Shown piece by piece: positions 7,275 through 16,395 of a stretch of DNA of 64,000 nucleotides. Source of the DNA: Chloroflexota bacterium (GTDB lineage: Bacteria > Chloroflexota > UBA11872); contig OZ253587.1 in NCBI GenBank assembly GCA_965263175.1, positions 1,353,032 to 1,417,031 of the forward strand, given 5' to 3'. The notes beneath the pieces were generated by a model. That model searched no databases. It worked only from the letters and a program-made list of their open reading frames with translations, and was not told where the DNA came from. Made by a program: the position numbers and the translations under genes. Each line of letters begins with the position of its first letter. Position 1 is the first letter of the stretch.

Positions 7275-8105
7275 ATGCGCTTCAGAATATCCGGCTTCGG
7301 CGACGAAATCTCCGACGAGTTGTCGGTGCAGCTTGGCGTCATGTCCGCACTCGGCGTAGACGGGCTGGAACCGCGACGGGTTCAACTGCCCGACGCCGAG
7401 ACAAAGCTCATCGTGGAGATGTCGGATTCCGAGCTGCGAATCATGCGACGCATGCTGGACGACCATGGGCTGTCCTGCTCCCAGATTGGGTCGCCGGTCG
7501 GCAAGGCGCCGGTGACGTCGGATCTGCAGGTGCAATACCGTCAGCTTGAGGGCGCGGTGCGTGCGGCGCACGCGTTGGACGCGGCCTACATTCGCGTCTT
7601 CGGATTCCAGCCCGAGCAAGGTGAGCCGCTCGCCCGCGAGCGCCCGGCGGCGTTGGAGAGATTTCAGCGAGTCGCCGAGCGCGCGGCGACTTTGGATCCC
7701 GAGATCACTCTGAGTCTCGAGAACGAGCACGATCTATTTGATGACACCCCCGCCGCCTGCGCCCAGTTCCTGGCGCTGGAGGGCGCACCGGTCAGCATGT
7801 GCTTTGATCCGGGGAACTTCGTACGCGCCGGCGTGCGTCCGTTCGACGAGGCGTGGCCCGTGCTCGACGCGGCGACGCGCATGATCCACGTGAAGGACTT
7901 CGACACGGCCATTGCCGACTGGGCGCCCGCAGGGGCCGGCGACGGTCAACTGGCTGACGTGCTGGGCGCGGCCGATCCCGAGGCTGTGGCCTACCTGTCG
8001 CTTGAGCCGCACCTGTCGGGCACCAAGGCGGGTCGAGGTCGCGATCGCGCGGATCTGTGGCGCGAGGCGCATGCCGCGCTGATGCGGATGCTGGCGTCCC
8101 TGTGA
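7275..8105 (+). CDS. Sugar phosphate isomerase/epimerase (xylose isomerase-like TIM barrel)
   Basis: Family-level resemblance (MRFRISGFGDEI..., the LENEHD and HVKD metal-site pattern). Confidence 0.75.
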   Translation: MRFRISGFGDEISDELSVQLGVMSALGVDGLEPRRVQLPDAETKLIVEMSDSELRIMRRMLDDHGLSCSQIGSPVGKAPVTSDLQVQYRQLEGAVRAAHALDAAYIRVFGFQPEQGEPLARERPAALERFQRVAERAATLDPEITLSLENEHDLFDDTPAACAQFLALEGAPVSMCFDPGNFVRAGVRPFDEAWPVLDAATRMIHVKDFDTAIADWAPAGAGDGQLADVLGAADPEAVAYLSLEPHLSGTKAGRGRDRADLWREAHAALMRMLASL

Positions 8106-8539
8106 GCGTTTCGCCCTACGTGGCCTGGGTGCGGGTGTCGCCGTCGCCCGGACGCAACGAGGAGATGTCGAGTCTCAACCTGATTGAAGGTCTGGGCATC
8201 GAAGGCGACCGCCACGCTCGACCCGAGAAACGAAACCAAGTCCTGGTTATGGACATTGAGACGCTGGACGAGCTGCACCTGCGGGCTGGCGACATTCGCG
8301 AGAATATCGCGACCCGCGGTCTGGAGGTTGCAACGCTGGCAGAAGGCGACGTGCTCCGGGTGGGCGTGGACGCCGAGTTGCTGATTTCGCATCCCTGTGC
8401 GCCATGCCACAAGATGGATGCCCTGCGGCCGGGCCTCCAGGAGGAATTGCGAGGCCGCCGCGGCATGCTGGCCGTCGTTTCGCGGGGCGGAGTGGTGCTT
8501 CAAGGCGACGTCGTCCAAGTGATCCGCAGACTGAGCTGA
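8102..8539 (+). CDS. MOSC domain protein (YiiM-like)
   Basis: ...NLIEGLGIEGDRHA... with a conserved C-terminal Cys (HPCAPC). The GTG start overlaps the upstream TGA stop as GTGA. The track ORF starts at 8057. Confidence 0.7.
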   Translation: MSVSPYVAWVRVSPSPGRNEEMSSLNLIEGLGIEGDRHARPEKRNQVLVMDIETLDELHLRAGDIRENIATRGLEVATLAEGDVLRVGVDAELLISHPCAPCHKMDALRPGLQEELRGRRGMLAVVSRGGVVLQGDVVQVIRRLS

Positions 8540-8556
8540 ATCAGGCCCGTGACCGC

Positions 8557-9666
8557 CTAGTCTTCCTGGATTGAGACCTCTCGCCCACTCTGGTCTGACT
8601 CATACGCCGCTTCAACCCAACGGTGGGTGCGCAAAGCGTCGTGCCAATCGGGCGTGTAGTCGCTGCCGGTAGCGACACTGCGCACGAACCCGCGCAGCTG
8701 AACTTCAAACGGATCGACGGCGGTCGTTGGGACGGCGTCCCACCCGTCCAGCGGGTCCCCTTGCTCGGCAGCCGGATCGTAGGAGAACAGCGGACCGTCG
8801 CCGCGCTGCACCCAACAGCGGTTCGCCGTCACCAGCAGTCCCCCGCGGCTGCAGTCAATCTCGATGGTCGGTACGTCTTCATGGCGGCGGCGCACCCAGC
8901 TTGAAAAAACCTGCCCGATGGCGCCATTCTCAAACCGCAGGTTGACCGCGCACGAATCCTCAACGTCGCTGTGGAAGGGGCCGGTGGCGGGGTCCTCGCG
9001 CTCGGTGATGCCCCCAAACGTCAGGCAGTGCGTGCTGGCCACCGGTCCAACCAACCAGCCCAACAAGTCGTAGAAGTGGGCCATCATGTCGTGCACCACG
9101 CCGCCGGCCGACTCTTCGCGCTTGAAAAACCAGGGCGGCCGGTTGGAAACCAGCGGCGGCACGTAGTAGCCGAAGACCACGCGCGCGTGAAAAACGTTGC
9201 CGAGGTCGCCCGATTCCAATATCGCCTTGGCCGCCCGCGGTCCGCCTTGGAACCGCATGTTCTGGATGATCCCGTGCCGCACGCTGGCCGCCGTGGCGGC
9301 GGCCAGGAGCTCTTCGGACTCTTCCAACGTTGCGCCAAGGGGCTTGTCCGTGAACACGTGCTTGCCATCAGCGATGGCCTGCATCAGCGGGTCGTAGTGC
9401 AGCCGGTTCACGAGGCAGTTGTCCACCACGTCCACGTCAAATCGCCCTATCGAGCCGTCCAAGTGGTCGCTCGTGAAGTCGGCGCTGTAGGCGTTGAAGA
9501 TCTCGCGCAGCCGCTCCGGCGTACGGCCGTAGATGCCGAGGATCACGGGCACCGGTTGGCCGTCAATGAGCTCGGGCCGCGCGCGAATCCTGGCAAGCGC
9601 GGCTGCGTGGCGGTGCGCCATGCGGCCGGTCCCAAGGACGAGGAATGTGATGGGGTTGGCTGGCAC
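8557..9666 (-). CDS. Gfo/Idh/MocA family oxidoreductase
   Basis: An N-terminal Rossmann motif LVLGTGRMAHRHAAAL and family-typical length. Confidence 0.8.
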   Translation of the reverse strand: MPANPITFLVLGTGRMAHRHAAALARIRARPELIDGQPVPVILGIYGRTPERLREIFNAYSADFTSDHLDGSIGRFDVDVVDNCLVNRLHYDPLMQAIADGKHVFTDKPLGATLEESEELLAAATAASVRHGIIQNMRFQGGPRAAKAILESGDLGNVFHARVVFGYYVPPLVSNRPPWFFKREESAGGVVHDMMAHFYDLLGWLVGPVASTHCLTFGGITEREDPATGPFHSDVEDSCAVNLRFENGAIGQVFSSWVRRRHEDVPTIEIDCSRGGLLVTANRCWVQRGDGPLFSYDPAAEQGDPLDGWDAVPTTAVDPFEVQLRGFVRSVATGSDYTPDWHDALRTHRWVEAAYESDQSGREVSIQED

Positions 9667-9915
9667 GGACGGTCTCGGGAGCGACGGTGGGCGAAGTCTA
9701 TACGAGCACGCGTGAAGGCCTGGCGTCCGGAAGTGTCAGCAGTTGTACTGACTGTGAGCTTCGCCAAGGGAGGGCGCACCAGGCTCGGACTGGTTTCCTC
9801 GGAACTGCTCGGATAGCCTGCCCTGTGTCAGGCGCGACCGGGGATGGCGGATGCTCTCGACCCGAGGAAGCGGCGGTCTGGCGGCGTCTCCGGCCATGCG
9901 GCGGACCGCCAAGCC

Positions 9916-11247
9916 ATGAGCACAGATACCCACACCCCGGCAGTGCGGCACTCGCGTTGGTTCTTTACCCGCATCAGCCTGTTTTGGGTGGGCCTCTCGT
10001 TCATGTGGGGGGCGCTGAACATCCAGGTGCTCCCATCGGTTGTGTCGGACATGGTCGGGCCCGATCTTCAGGGCACCGCCATCGGCGCCATCATATTCGT
10101 CGGTCTGGCCATAGCGATCGTCGTCCAGCCGGCGGCGGGAGCGCTGAGTGACCGCGCGCGGTTTCGGGTAGGCCGGCGGCGGCCTTTCATGCTGGCGGGC
10201 GTGCTGGTCGTGATTCCCTTTCTGGTCGTCATCGGGCTGACGCCCTATTACTGGCTGCTGTTTCTGGCTGTGGTTGGCGTGCAGGTTGGGGGCAACATCG
10301 CGCACGGTCCATACCAAGGCATAATTCCGGATCAGGTTCCACCAGCGGCTCGCGGGCGTGCATCGGGGTTCTTCGGCATCGCGAACCTGCTCGGCACCAT
10401 CCTTGGCGCGGCCGTCGCCGGTCAGTTTCTTGCGGAAGGGCAGGTGCTTCCGGCACTGCTGACGATTGCGGTTGTGCTGGTTGGAGTCTCGCTGATGACC
10501 TGGATCTTCGTTCGGGAAGCGCCACCGCCGCCAGCGGAGACGTATGGCCACATCTGGACCGAGGTGCGACAAAGGGTCCGCGAACTCCGAGGAAGGCAGG
10601 CCTTTGTATGGCTGATGGCCTCGCGTCTCCTGTTCTTTATGGGGTTGCAGGCAATGGACAACTTCCTACAGCTGTTCATTGGTCAAGGTCTCGGCGAGGA
10701 CAGCCCTGAAGGCAAGACCACGGTCGTGTTGGGGGTCGTGCTGATTCTGGCGGTTCTAACGAGCGTGCCCGCCGGCTGGGCCTCCGACCGGTTCGGCCGA
10801 CTGCGGCTGGTGGCGACCGGGACGTTGCTGGGCCTGGCGTCGGCCGTGCTGCTGGTATTCGCGCAGGACTTTGTGCAGGTTGTGGCCTTTGCCAGCCTGT
10901 TGGGAATTGGGTTGGGGATGTTTACCGCCGCAGACTGGGCCGCCGCGATCGATCTGATTCCCGACGTACGAGCGGCAGGGCTCTACATGGGTTTGACTAA
11001 CGTGGCGACGGCCGGCGGCGACGCGCTGGCCTCGCTCACGGCCGGGGTTGCGTTGGACGTTGTAAACCGAATCGCTCCGGGTTACGGATTCCGTATGGTC
11101 TTTGCGTTGATGGGGTTGTATTTCCTGTTGAGCGTTGTCGTGCTCGCGAAAGTTCGGACGCACGTACACGCCAGGCCGGATTCGCGGGTGCTCGCGGCGG
11201 AGGTTCGGCTGCCCGGCGAACAGCCTCAACCCGGGAGCAACGCCTAG
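9916..11247 (+). CDS. MFS transporter (GPH / MFS_2-like sugar:cation symporter family)
   Basis: Twelve predicted TM segments and a DRxxxRxGRRRPF motif after TM2. The start is chosen at MSTDTHT; the track ORF starts at 9844. Confidence 0.75.
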   Translation: MSTDTHTPAVRHSRWFFTRISLFWVGLSFMWGALNIQVLPSVVSDMVGPDLQGTAIGAIIFVGLAIAIVVQPAAGALSDRARFRVGRRRPFMLAGVLVVIPFLVVIGLTPYYWLLFLAVVGVQVGGNIAHGPYQGIIPDQVPPAARGRASGFFGIANLLGTILGAAVAGQFLAEGQVLPALLTIAVVLVGVSLMTWIFVREAPPPPAETYGHIWTEVRQRVRELRGRQAFVWLMASRLLFFMGLQAMDNFLQLFIGQGLGEDSPEGKTTVVLGVVLILAVLTSVPAGWASDRFGRLRLVATGTLLGLASAVLLVFAQDFVQVVAFASLLGIGLGMFTAADWAAAIDLIPDVRAAGLYMGLTNVATAGGDALASLTAGVALDVVNRIAPGYGFRMVFALMGLYFLLSVVVLAKVRTHVHARPDSRVLAAEVRLPGEQPQPGSNA

Positions 11248-11429
11248 GAAATGGCCGGACATCCGTGCTGCGCCGTTCAATCCGACGGCTACCGAACTCG
11301 CCGATATGCGCGAACGGGGGATGTTAGGCATAATCGCGGGTTGCGGTCCCGCCTCGCGTGTGGGCGGGGCTAGTAGGTCCAAACCAGCAGGGCCCCAACG
11401 CTTACGGGCCGAACTGGAGGAAGTCCGGA

Positions 11430-11540
11430 ATGCAGACAGTTGTTTTCTATCTCGTGATTGGGGTCTCGTTCGGAGGCCTCGTCCTCGGACTCCTGTACTG
11501 GATTTACGCCCTCATCCGCGGTTCGGCTGACAGCAGCTAG
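11430..11540 (+). CDS. Candidate 36-aa single-TM microprotein (MQTVVFYLVIGVSFGGLVLGLLYWIYALIRGSADSS)
   Basis: GGAGGA sits 8 nt before the ATG. It has a hydrophobic core and lower GC than its surroundings. No homolog recognised. Confidence 0.3.
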   Translation: MQTVVFYLVIGVSFGGLVLGLLYWIYALIRGSADSS

Positions 11541-11628
11541 ACATAACTGGTACATCACGTCCGGGTGGCGACGCCCGACATGGTGTGGCCGGCTTCAGTG
11601 GTCACACGGCGGTTCGCTTTGAGCGTGC

Positions 11629-11645
11629 GCGCCGCAAAGCGGCGC
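11629..11645. terminator. Perfect 7-bp GC hairpin gcgccgc-aaa-gcggcgc downstream of both the small ORF (+) and hisF (-)
   Basis: Read directly; no U-tract follows. Confidence 0.3.
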
Positions 11646-11683
11646 TGGCGCTTGACTCGTGGCTGCTAGCTGAAGCGGTTCGA

Positions 11684-12463
11684 TCAGCGGTACGGATCGA
11701 GCCGCATGGGGATGCCCGAGGCGGCCATGAACTCCTTTGCTTCACGCACGGTGTAGACCCCGAAGTGAAATATCGAGGCCGCCAGCACAGCGTGCGCGTG
11801 CCCGAGTGTGACCGCGTCGCGAAGATGCTCCAACGACCCTGCTCCGCCCGAGGCGACCACTGGAATCGACACACGGTCGGTGACGTCGCGTAGAAATTCC
11901 ACGTCGTAGCCCTCGCGCGTGCCATCAGCGTCGATACTGTTGAGCACAATTTCGCCGGCACCCAGTTCCTGGCCGCGCCGCGCGGTTTCCACGGCGTCAA
12001 GCTCGGTGCGGACTCGTCCGCCGTTCAGATAGATGGTCCAGCGCGGCACGTCGCTGTCCGCGTCGCGCAGCGCGTCAATCGACAGGACGACGCACTGCGA
12101 GCCGAAGCGGTCGGCGCAGGCGGAAATCAGGTTAGGGTCGCGATGGGCCGCACTGTTTATCGAGACCTTCTCGGCGCCGCTACGCAACATCAGGTACATG
12201 TCATCGACGGTGCGCACACCGCCGCCGACCGACAAAGGGATAAAAACCTGCGACGCCACGCGCTCGACCAGGTCCACCATGATGTTGCGGCCTTCGGCCG
12301 AGGCCGTGATGTCGTAGAAAACGAGCTCGTCGGCGCCTTCGCGGTCGTAACGCGCCGCCAGATCAACCGGATCGCCGGCGTCCACGTCGGCCGAAAAGCG
12401 CACGCCGCGCACGTTTCGGCCGTTTTTGACGTCCAGGCACGGGATCACACGCCGCGTGAGCAT
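11684..12463 (-). CDS. hisF: Imidazole glycerol phosphate synthase, cyclase subunit
   Basis: MLTRRVIPCLDVKNGR...GAGEIVLNSIDADGT ... VVASGGAG. Confidence 0.9.
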   Translation of the reverse strand: MLTRRVIPCLDVKNGRNVRGVRFSADVDAGDPVDLAARYDREGADELVFYDITASAEGRNIMVDLVERVASQVFIPLSVGGGVRTVDDMYLMLRSGAEKVSINSAAHRDPNLISACADRFGSQCVVLSIDALRDADSDVPRWTIYLNGGRVRTELDAVETARRGQELGAGEIVLNSIDADGTREGYDVEFLRDVTDRVSIPVVASGGAGSLEHLRDAVTLGHAHAVLAASIFHFGVYTVREAKEFMAASGIPMRLDPYR

Positions 12464-12466
12464 TGG

Positions 12467-13192
12467 CTATCTCCGGGCCGCGCGCCGAGCGTCCGCCAGT
12501 GTGACGGCCCCGGTATAGAGCGCCCGACCGATGATGACGCCCGAGGCCCCCAGTTCGGCAAGCCTCGCCACGTCGTCGCGACTGTGAACGCCACCGGAGG
12601 CAATTACGTCCAGCTGGTGGCCGTGGCGCTGAACGAGGTTGGCCGTCCCCTCGAAGTTTGGCTGGCCCAGCATGCCGTCGCGGTTGACGTCGGTGTACAC
12701 CAGCGCAGCGGCGGCCGCGTCCGCGGCCATCGCGGCCAGGTCAGCCGCCGTCAGCGTGCTGTCCTCGACCCAGGCTTCGATTGCGACTTGCCCGTTGCGG
12801 GCGTCCACGCCAACTGCTATCTGGCCTGGGTGGTTAGCCACGGCGGCACGCACGAGGGCCGGGTCGCGCACGGCGGCGGTGCCGATCACGGCGCGGGCGG
12901 CGCCGGCGTTCAGTACCTCACGGACCGCTTGCAGCGTTCGGATTCCGCCGCCGACCTGTACGGGAACCGAGCCGGCGAGACGAATGATCTCGCTCACGAG
13001 CTCGGTGTGCGTGCGAACGGCGCTGCGCGCGGCGTCCAGATCCACGATGTGGATCCAGTCTGTTCCGGCATCCAGAAAATAGCGGGCTGCTTCACGCGGA
13101 TCCTCGTAGTAGACCGTTTCGCGGGCGAAGTCGCCCTGGATGAGGTTCACGCATTTGCCGCCGCGAATGTCAATGGCTGCGTAGATGTCCAT
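12467..13192 (-). CDS. hisA: ProFAR isomerase
   Basis: MDIYAAIDIRGGKCV...VQVGGGIR...ASGGV. Confidence 0.9.
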   Translation of the reverse strand: MDIYAAIDIRGGKCVNLIQGDFARETVYYEDPREAARYFLDAGTDWIHIVDLDAARSAVRTHTELVSEIIRLAGSVPVQVGGGIRTLQAVREVLNAGAARAVIGTAAVRDPALVRAAVANHPGQIAVGVDARNGQVAIEAWVEDSTLTAADLAAMAADAAAAALVYTDVNRDGMLGQPNFEGTANLVQRHGHQLDVIASGGVHSRDDVARLAELGASGVIIGRALYTGAVTLADARRAARR

Positions 13193-13195
13193 ACG

Positions 13196-13825
13196 TCAGT
13201 CAAACTCCGGAGTTGGCGTCTGGCCAGCCAGGCGGATGAAGTTTGCGTAGATCCGTAACCCCACAAGGCCACTCTTTTCCGGGTGGAACTGGGTCGCGTA
13301 GAGATGGTCGCGACGAACCACGCTTGTGAAGTCCAGCCCATAGTCCGTGGTCGCCGACACGCAGGCCGGATCCCCAGGTCGTGCGTAGTACGAGTGCACG
13401 AAATAGAAGTTGGCATCCTGCGGCACGCCCGCGAACAGCGGCGAGCTCTCCGCCTGGCGCACCTGGTTCCAGCCCATGTGCGGGACTGGAAGTCCCGGTG
13501 GGAAGCGCACCACGTCACCCGGCAGCACACCCAGGCAGGGCGTTTCATTGTCCTCTTCGCTGCGGTCGAACAAGACTTGGAGGCCCATGCAAATGCCCAG
13601 GTAGGGCACGCCGCGCGCGATGGCCGCCACCACCGGGTCGTCCACGCGTGCGTTACGCAGCCCCCGCATGGTGTCCGCCGCGGCGCCCACACCGGGCAGG
13701 ACGACCGCGTCGGCCATGGCCACGGCGGCCGGGTCGTCGGTGACGACGAAGGTTGCACCCACGCGGTTCAGCGCCCGCGCCACGCTGTGGATGTTTCCGG
13801 CGCCGTAGTCGACAACCGCGATCAT
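13196..13825 (-). CDS. hisH: Imidazole glycerol phosphate synthase, glutaminase subunit
   Basis: MIAVVDYGAGNIHSV...GICMGLQVL...HPEKS. Confidence 0.9.
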   Translation of the reverse strand: MIAVVDYGAGNIHSVARALNRVGATFVVTDDPAAVAMADAVVLPGVGAAADTMRGLRNARVDDPVVAAIARGVPYLGICMGLQVLFDRSEEDNETPCLGVLPGDVVRFPPGLPVPHMGWNQVRQAESSPLFAGVPQDANFYFVHSYYARPGDPACVSATTDYGLDFTSVVRRDHLYATQFHPEKSGLVGLRIYANFIRLAGQTPTPEFD

Positions 13826-15090
13826 GCGCCGTCCGCCAGCACGGCCTGGACGCGCGTCACGGCCTCGGTGCGAGGGACTTCCACCTGGGCGGCGCCGTTC
13901 AGCGGTTTCAACGTCACGACGCCGCGCTCCAGTTCGCGGGCGCCGATCAGCACGGCAGCCCGTGCCCCGGCCCGGCTTGCGCGCCGCAGGTGCGAGCGCG
14001 GGCTGGCCGCCCGGAACCCCGACTCGACCGAGGCGCCGGCCTGCCGTAGCTGGCGGGCCAAGCGCATCGCGTCAGTCAGCGCGCCGTCGGCCAGCGGCGC
14101 GATGTACACGTCCGTTACCGGAACATTGGTCGGGGTCTTACCGCGGCGCTCCAGGTTGAGCAGCACGCGCTCGATGCCGCTGCCAAAGCCAACCCCCGGC
14201 ACATGGTTGGCGCCGATCAGATCAGCCAGATAGTCGTAGCGCCCTCCACCGCCTACCGTGCTCTGCGAACCGGCGTCGGGAGGAATGAACTCAAAAACGG
14301 TGCGGTTGTAGTAGTCCAGACCGCGCACGAGGCGGTGATTGATCGTGAACGGGATGTCGAGCGCATCCAGAAGGTCCCGAAGCTCCGCAAAATGGGTGCT
14401 CGCCGGTTCGCCTAGATAGTCCAACGAGCGCGGTGCGCCCTCGCAAAGCTCGGCGACCACTGGGTGCTTGGAATCGAGTATGCGCAGCGGGTTGGTTGTC
14501 AGCCGCTCGCGGCTTTCGGAGTCCAGGCGGTCAGCAACGGGTGTGAAGTAGTCCACCAGCGCCTGCCGATACGCGGGCCGGGTGTCGGGGTCGCCCAGCG
14601 AGTTCAGTTCCAGCCGTAGGTCATCGATGCCGAGCGCGTGATACGTGGACCTGAGCAAGTCGATCACCTCGGCATCAACGGCCGGGCTGGGGTCGCCCAG
14701 GGCCTCGGCGCCAATCTGGTGATGTTCCCGATAGCGTCCGGCCTGCGGGCGGTCGTAACGAAAGATCGAGGCGATGTAGTAGAGCTTCACGGGCTGCGGC
14801 AGGTTGTGCAGGCCGTTCTGGACATACGCCCGCACGACCGGGGCGGTTCCCTCGGGCCGCAGCGTCAGTGAGTCACCGCCGCGATCCTGGAAGCTGTACA
14901 TCTCTTTCTGCGCAAGGTCCGTGGCGTCGCCGGTCGTGCGCGTGAACAGGTCTGTGCGTTCAATGGTCGGCGTGCTGATCGGCGCAAAGCCGCGCAGTTC
15001 GCACTGACGTTGAAACGTCTCAGCCACGGTTTGCCAGGCCGGCGCCACGTTCGGAAGTCGGTCGGCGGTGCCACGCGGACGTTGGATCAA
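13822..15090 (-). CDS. hisS: Histidyl-tRNA synthetase (full length, with anticodon-binding domain), sitting inside the his operon
   Basis: Class II motif 2 FRYDRPQAGRYREHHQIGAEALG and the HisRS-specific GGGRYDYL. The C-terminal ...VLIGARELERGVVTLKPL anticodon-binding domain is present, so this is not a truncated HisZ. It has 4-nt overlaps with both neighbours. Confidence 0.85.
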   Translation of the reverse strand: MIQRPRGTADRLPNVAPAWQTVAETFQRQCELRGFAPISTPTIERTDLFTRTTGDATDLAQKEMYSFQDRGGDSLTLRPEGTAPVVRAYVQNGLHNLPQPVKLYYIASIFRYDRPQAGRYREHHQIGAEALGDPSPAVDAEVIDLLRSTYHALGIDDLRLELNSLGDPDTRPAYRQALVDYFTPVADRLDSESRERLTTNPLRILDSKHPVVAELCEGAPRSLDYLGEPASTHFAELRDLLDALDIPFTINHRLVRGLDYYNRTVFEFIPPDAGSQSTVGGGGRYDYLADLIGANHVPGVGFGSGIERVLLNLERRGKTPTNVPVTDVYIAPLADGALTDAMRLARQLRQAGASVESGFRAASPRSHLRRASRAGARAAVLIGARELERGVVTLKPLNGAAQVEVPRTEAVTRVQAVLADGA

Positions 15091-15371
15091 GTGACGGCGT
15101 CCAGACGATTGACCGCCGCCAGCACGGCCGATGGGTCTTCGGTCGTCACGGCGACTCGTTTGTCACGAGCACGTGCTCCTCGCTCGATGCTGATGTCGCG
15201 GCGGCGCAGACCGAGGGCCTCCGCCAGTAGGTTGATTAGTGCGCGATTGGCGCGGCCTTCAGTCGGCGGCGCGGTGATCCGAGCTGTCAGCGACCCGTCA
15301 GCCCGTCGGCGCAGGGCGATGGATCGTGCGCGGGGCGTGGCTCGAACACGCAAATGGATGGTGGTGGGCAT
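15087..15371 (-). CDS. DUF167 (YggU-family) protein
   Basis: Size and ...RANRALINLLAEALG... pattern; position downstream of yggT. Confidence 0.7.
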   Translation of the reverse strand: MPTTIHLRVRATPRARSIALRRRADGSLTARITAPPTEGRANRALINLLAEALGLRRRDISIERGARARDKRVAVTTEDPSAVLAAVNRLDAVT

Positions 15372-15398
15372 GGGGCGGGTCTGTCACGGCACAACCGC

Positions 15399-15623
15399 TC
15401 ACCCGAGCGCGAGCGAACGCACAAGGCTCCACAGCATTTGAATGACCAGGATTGCGATGAGCGGCGAGAGGTCGATCGTCCAGGACTGGGGCAAGGCTCG
15501 GCGGATCGGTCCCAGTATCGGCTCCGTCATGTCAATCAACAGCCGCATCACGGGGTTCGACGGGTCGCGCACGAACCACGAAAGGATCGCGCGGCCAATG
15601 ATGGCGAAAACCACGATCGTCAC
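15399..15623 (-). CDS. yggT: YggT-family membrane protein
   Basis: A two-TM small protein with ...LSWFV...PI...; GTG start. Confidence 0.7.
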   Translation of the reverse strand: MTIVVFAIIGRAILSWFVRDPSNPVMRLLIDMTEPILGPIRRALPQSWTIDLSPLIAILVIQMLWSLVRSLALG

Positions 15624-15665
15624 CAGCCAGTTGAGGATTCCGACAAGTCCGGTGAGTTCGATGAA

Positions 15666-16376
15666 TCAGGTACCTGGGGCCAGGGAACGCGCCCCAAAGA
15701 TAGCGCGTCCGACCCGCACGATTGTGGCCCCCTCGACGAGCGCAGGATCCAGGTCGTCCGTCATACCCATCGAAAGGTCGGCAATTGGCTGGTTGGGCAG
15801 GTCAACTTGCAGCGCATCGCGCAGTTCCCGCAACCGGCGAAAGCAGGCGCGACTGGCCGCGGGCATGGCGTCAAACGGACCGATTGTCATGAGGCCCCGC
15901 AGTGTCAGTCCGGTCTCCCGGTCGAGCACAAACGCGAGCCGGGACAACCCCGCAGGCTCAATGCCGCCCTGCGTTTGCATCCCGGTGAGGTTGACCTGAA
16001 TCAATACGTCACAGGGTCGATCGTCGCGAACCGCCTCCAGGCGGCGCGCCAGGCGCTCCGAATCCAGGGAGTGGATCAGGGAGAAGAGCTGAATGGCGGC
16101 GCGGGCCTTGTTGCGTTGCAGATGACCGACCAGGTGCCAGCGACCACCGCCGACCTGTGGGATCTTGACCTGCGCTTCCTGCACCCGGTTCTCGCCCAGG
16201 TCCGCCAGCCCCGCGGCCAGTCCGTGCCGAACGGTTGCGGCGTCGAAAGTCTTGGAGACGGCCACGAGCGTCACAGTCTCGGGTGAGCGGCCGATGTCGC
16301 CGCAGATGGTCGAAATGCGAGCCCGGATGCCCTGCACGCGGGCGGCAATCCCGGAGGCTTCCGCGGCCTGTGTCAT
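15666..16376 (-). CDS. yggS: YggS-family PLP homeostasis protein
   Basis: ...VTLVAVSKT...LHLVGHLQRNKA... The start is chosen at MTQAAE; the track ORF's 5' extension would overlap ftsZ. Confidence 0.85.
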   Translation of the reverse strand: MTQAAEASGIAARVQGIRARISTICGDIGRSPETVTLVAVSKTFDAATVRHGLAAGLADLGENRVQEAQVKIPQVGGGRWHLVGHLQRNKARAAIQLFSLIHSLDSERLARRLEAVRDDRPCDVLIQVNLTGMQTQGGIEPAGLSRLAFVLDRETGLTLRGLMTIGPFDAMPAASRACFRRLRELRDALQVDLPNQPIADLSMGMTDDLDPALVEGATIVRVGRAIFGARSLAPGT

Positions 16377-16395
16377 GGGCCTGCCTGGAAGCGGT

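Noticed and set aside
8971-10572. Long ORFs antisense to the Gfo/Idh/MocA and MFS genes (8971-9816 +, 9736-10572 -)
   Set aside because: The opposite strands carry recognisable family motifs, and these products are Arg/Pro-rich low complexity.
12143-14233. 371-aa and 316-aa plus-strand ORFs across hisF/hisA/hisH/hisS
   Set aside because: Antisense to unmistakable his genes. Typical high-GC shadow ORFs.
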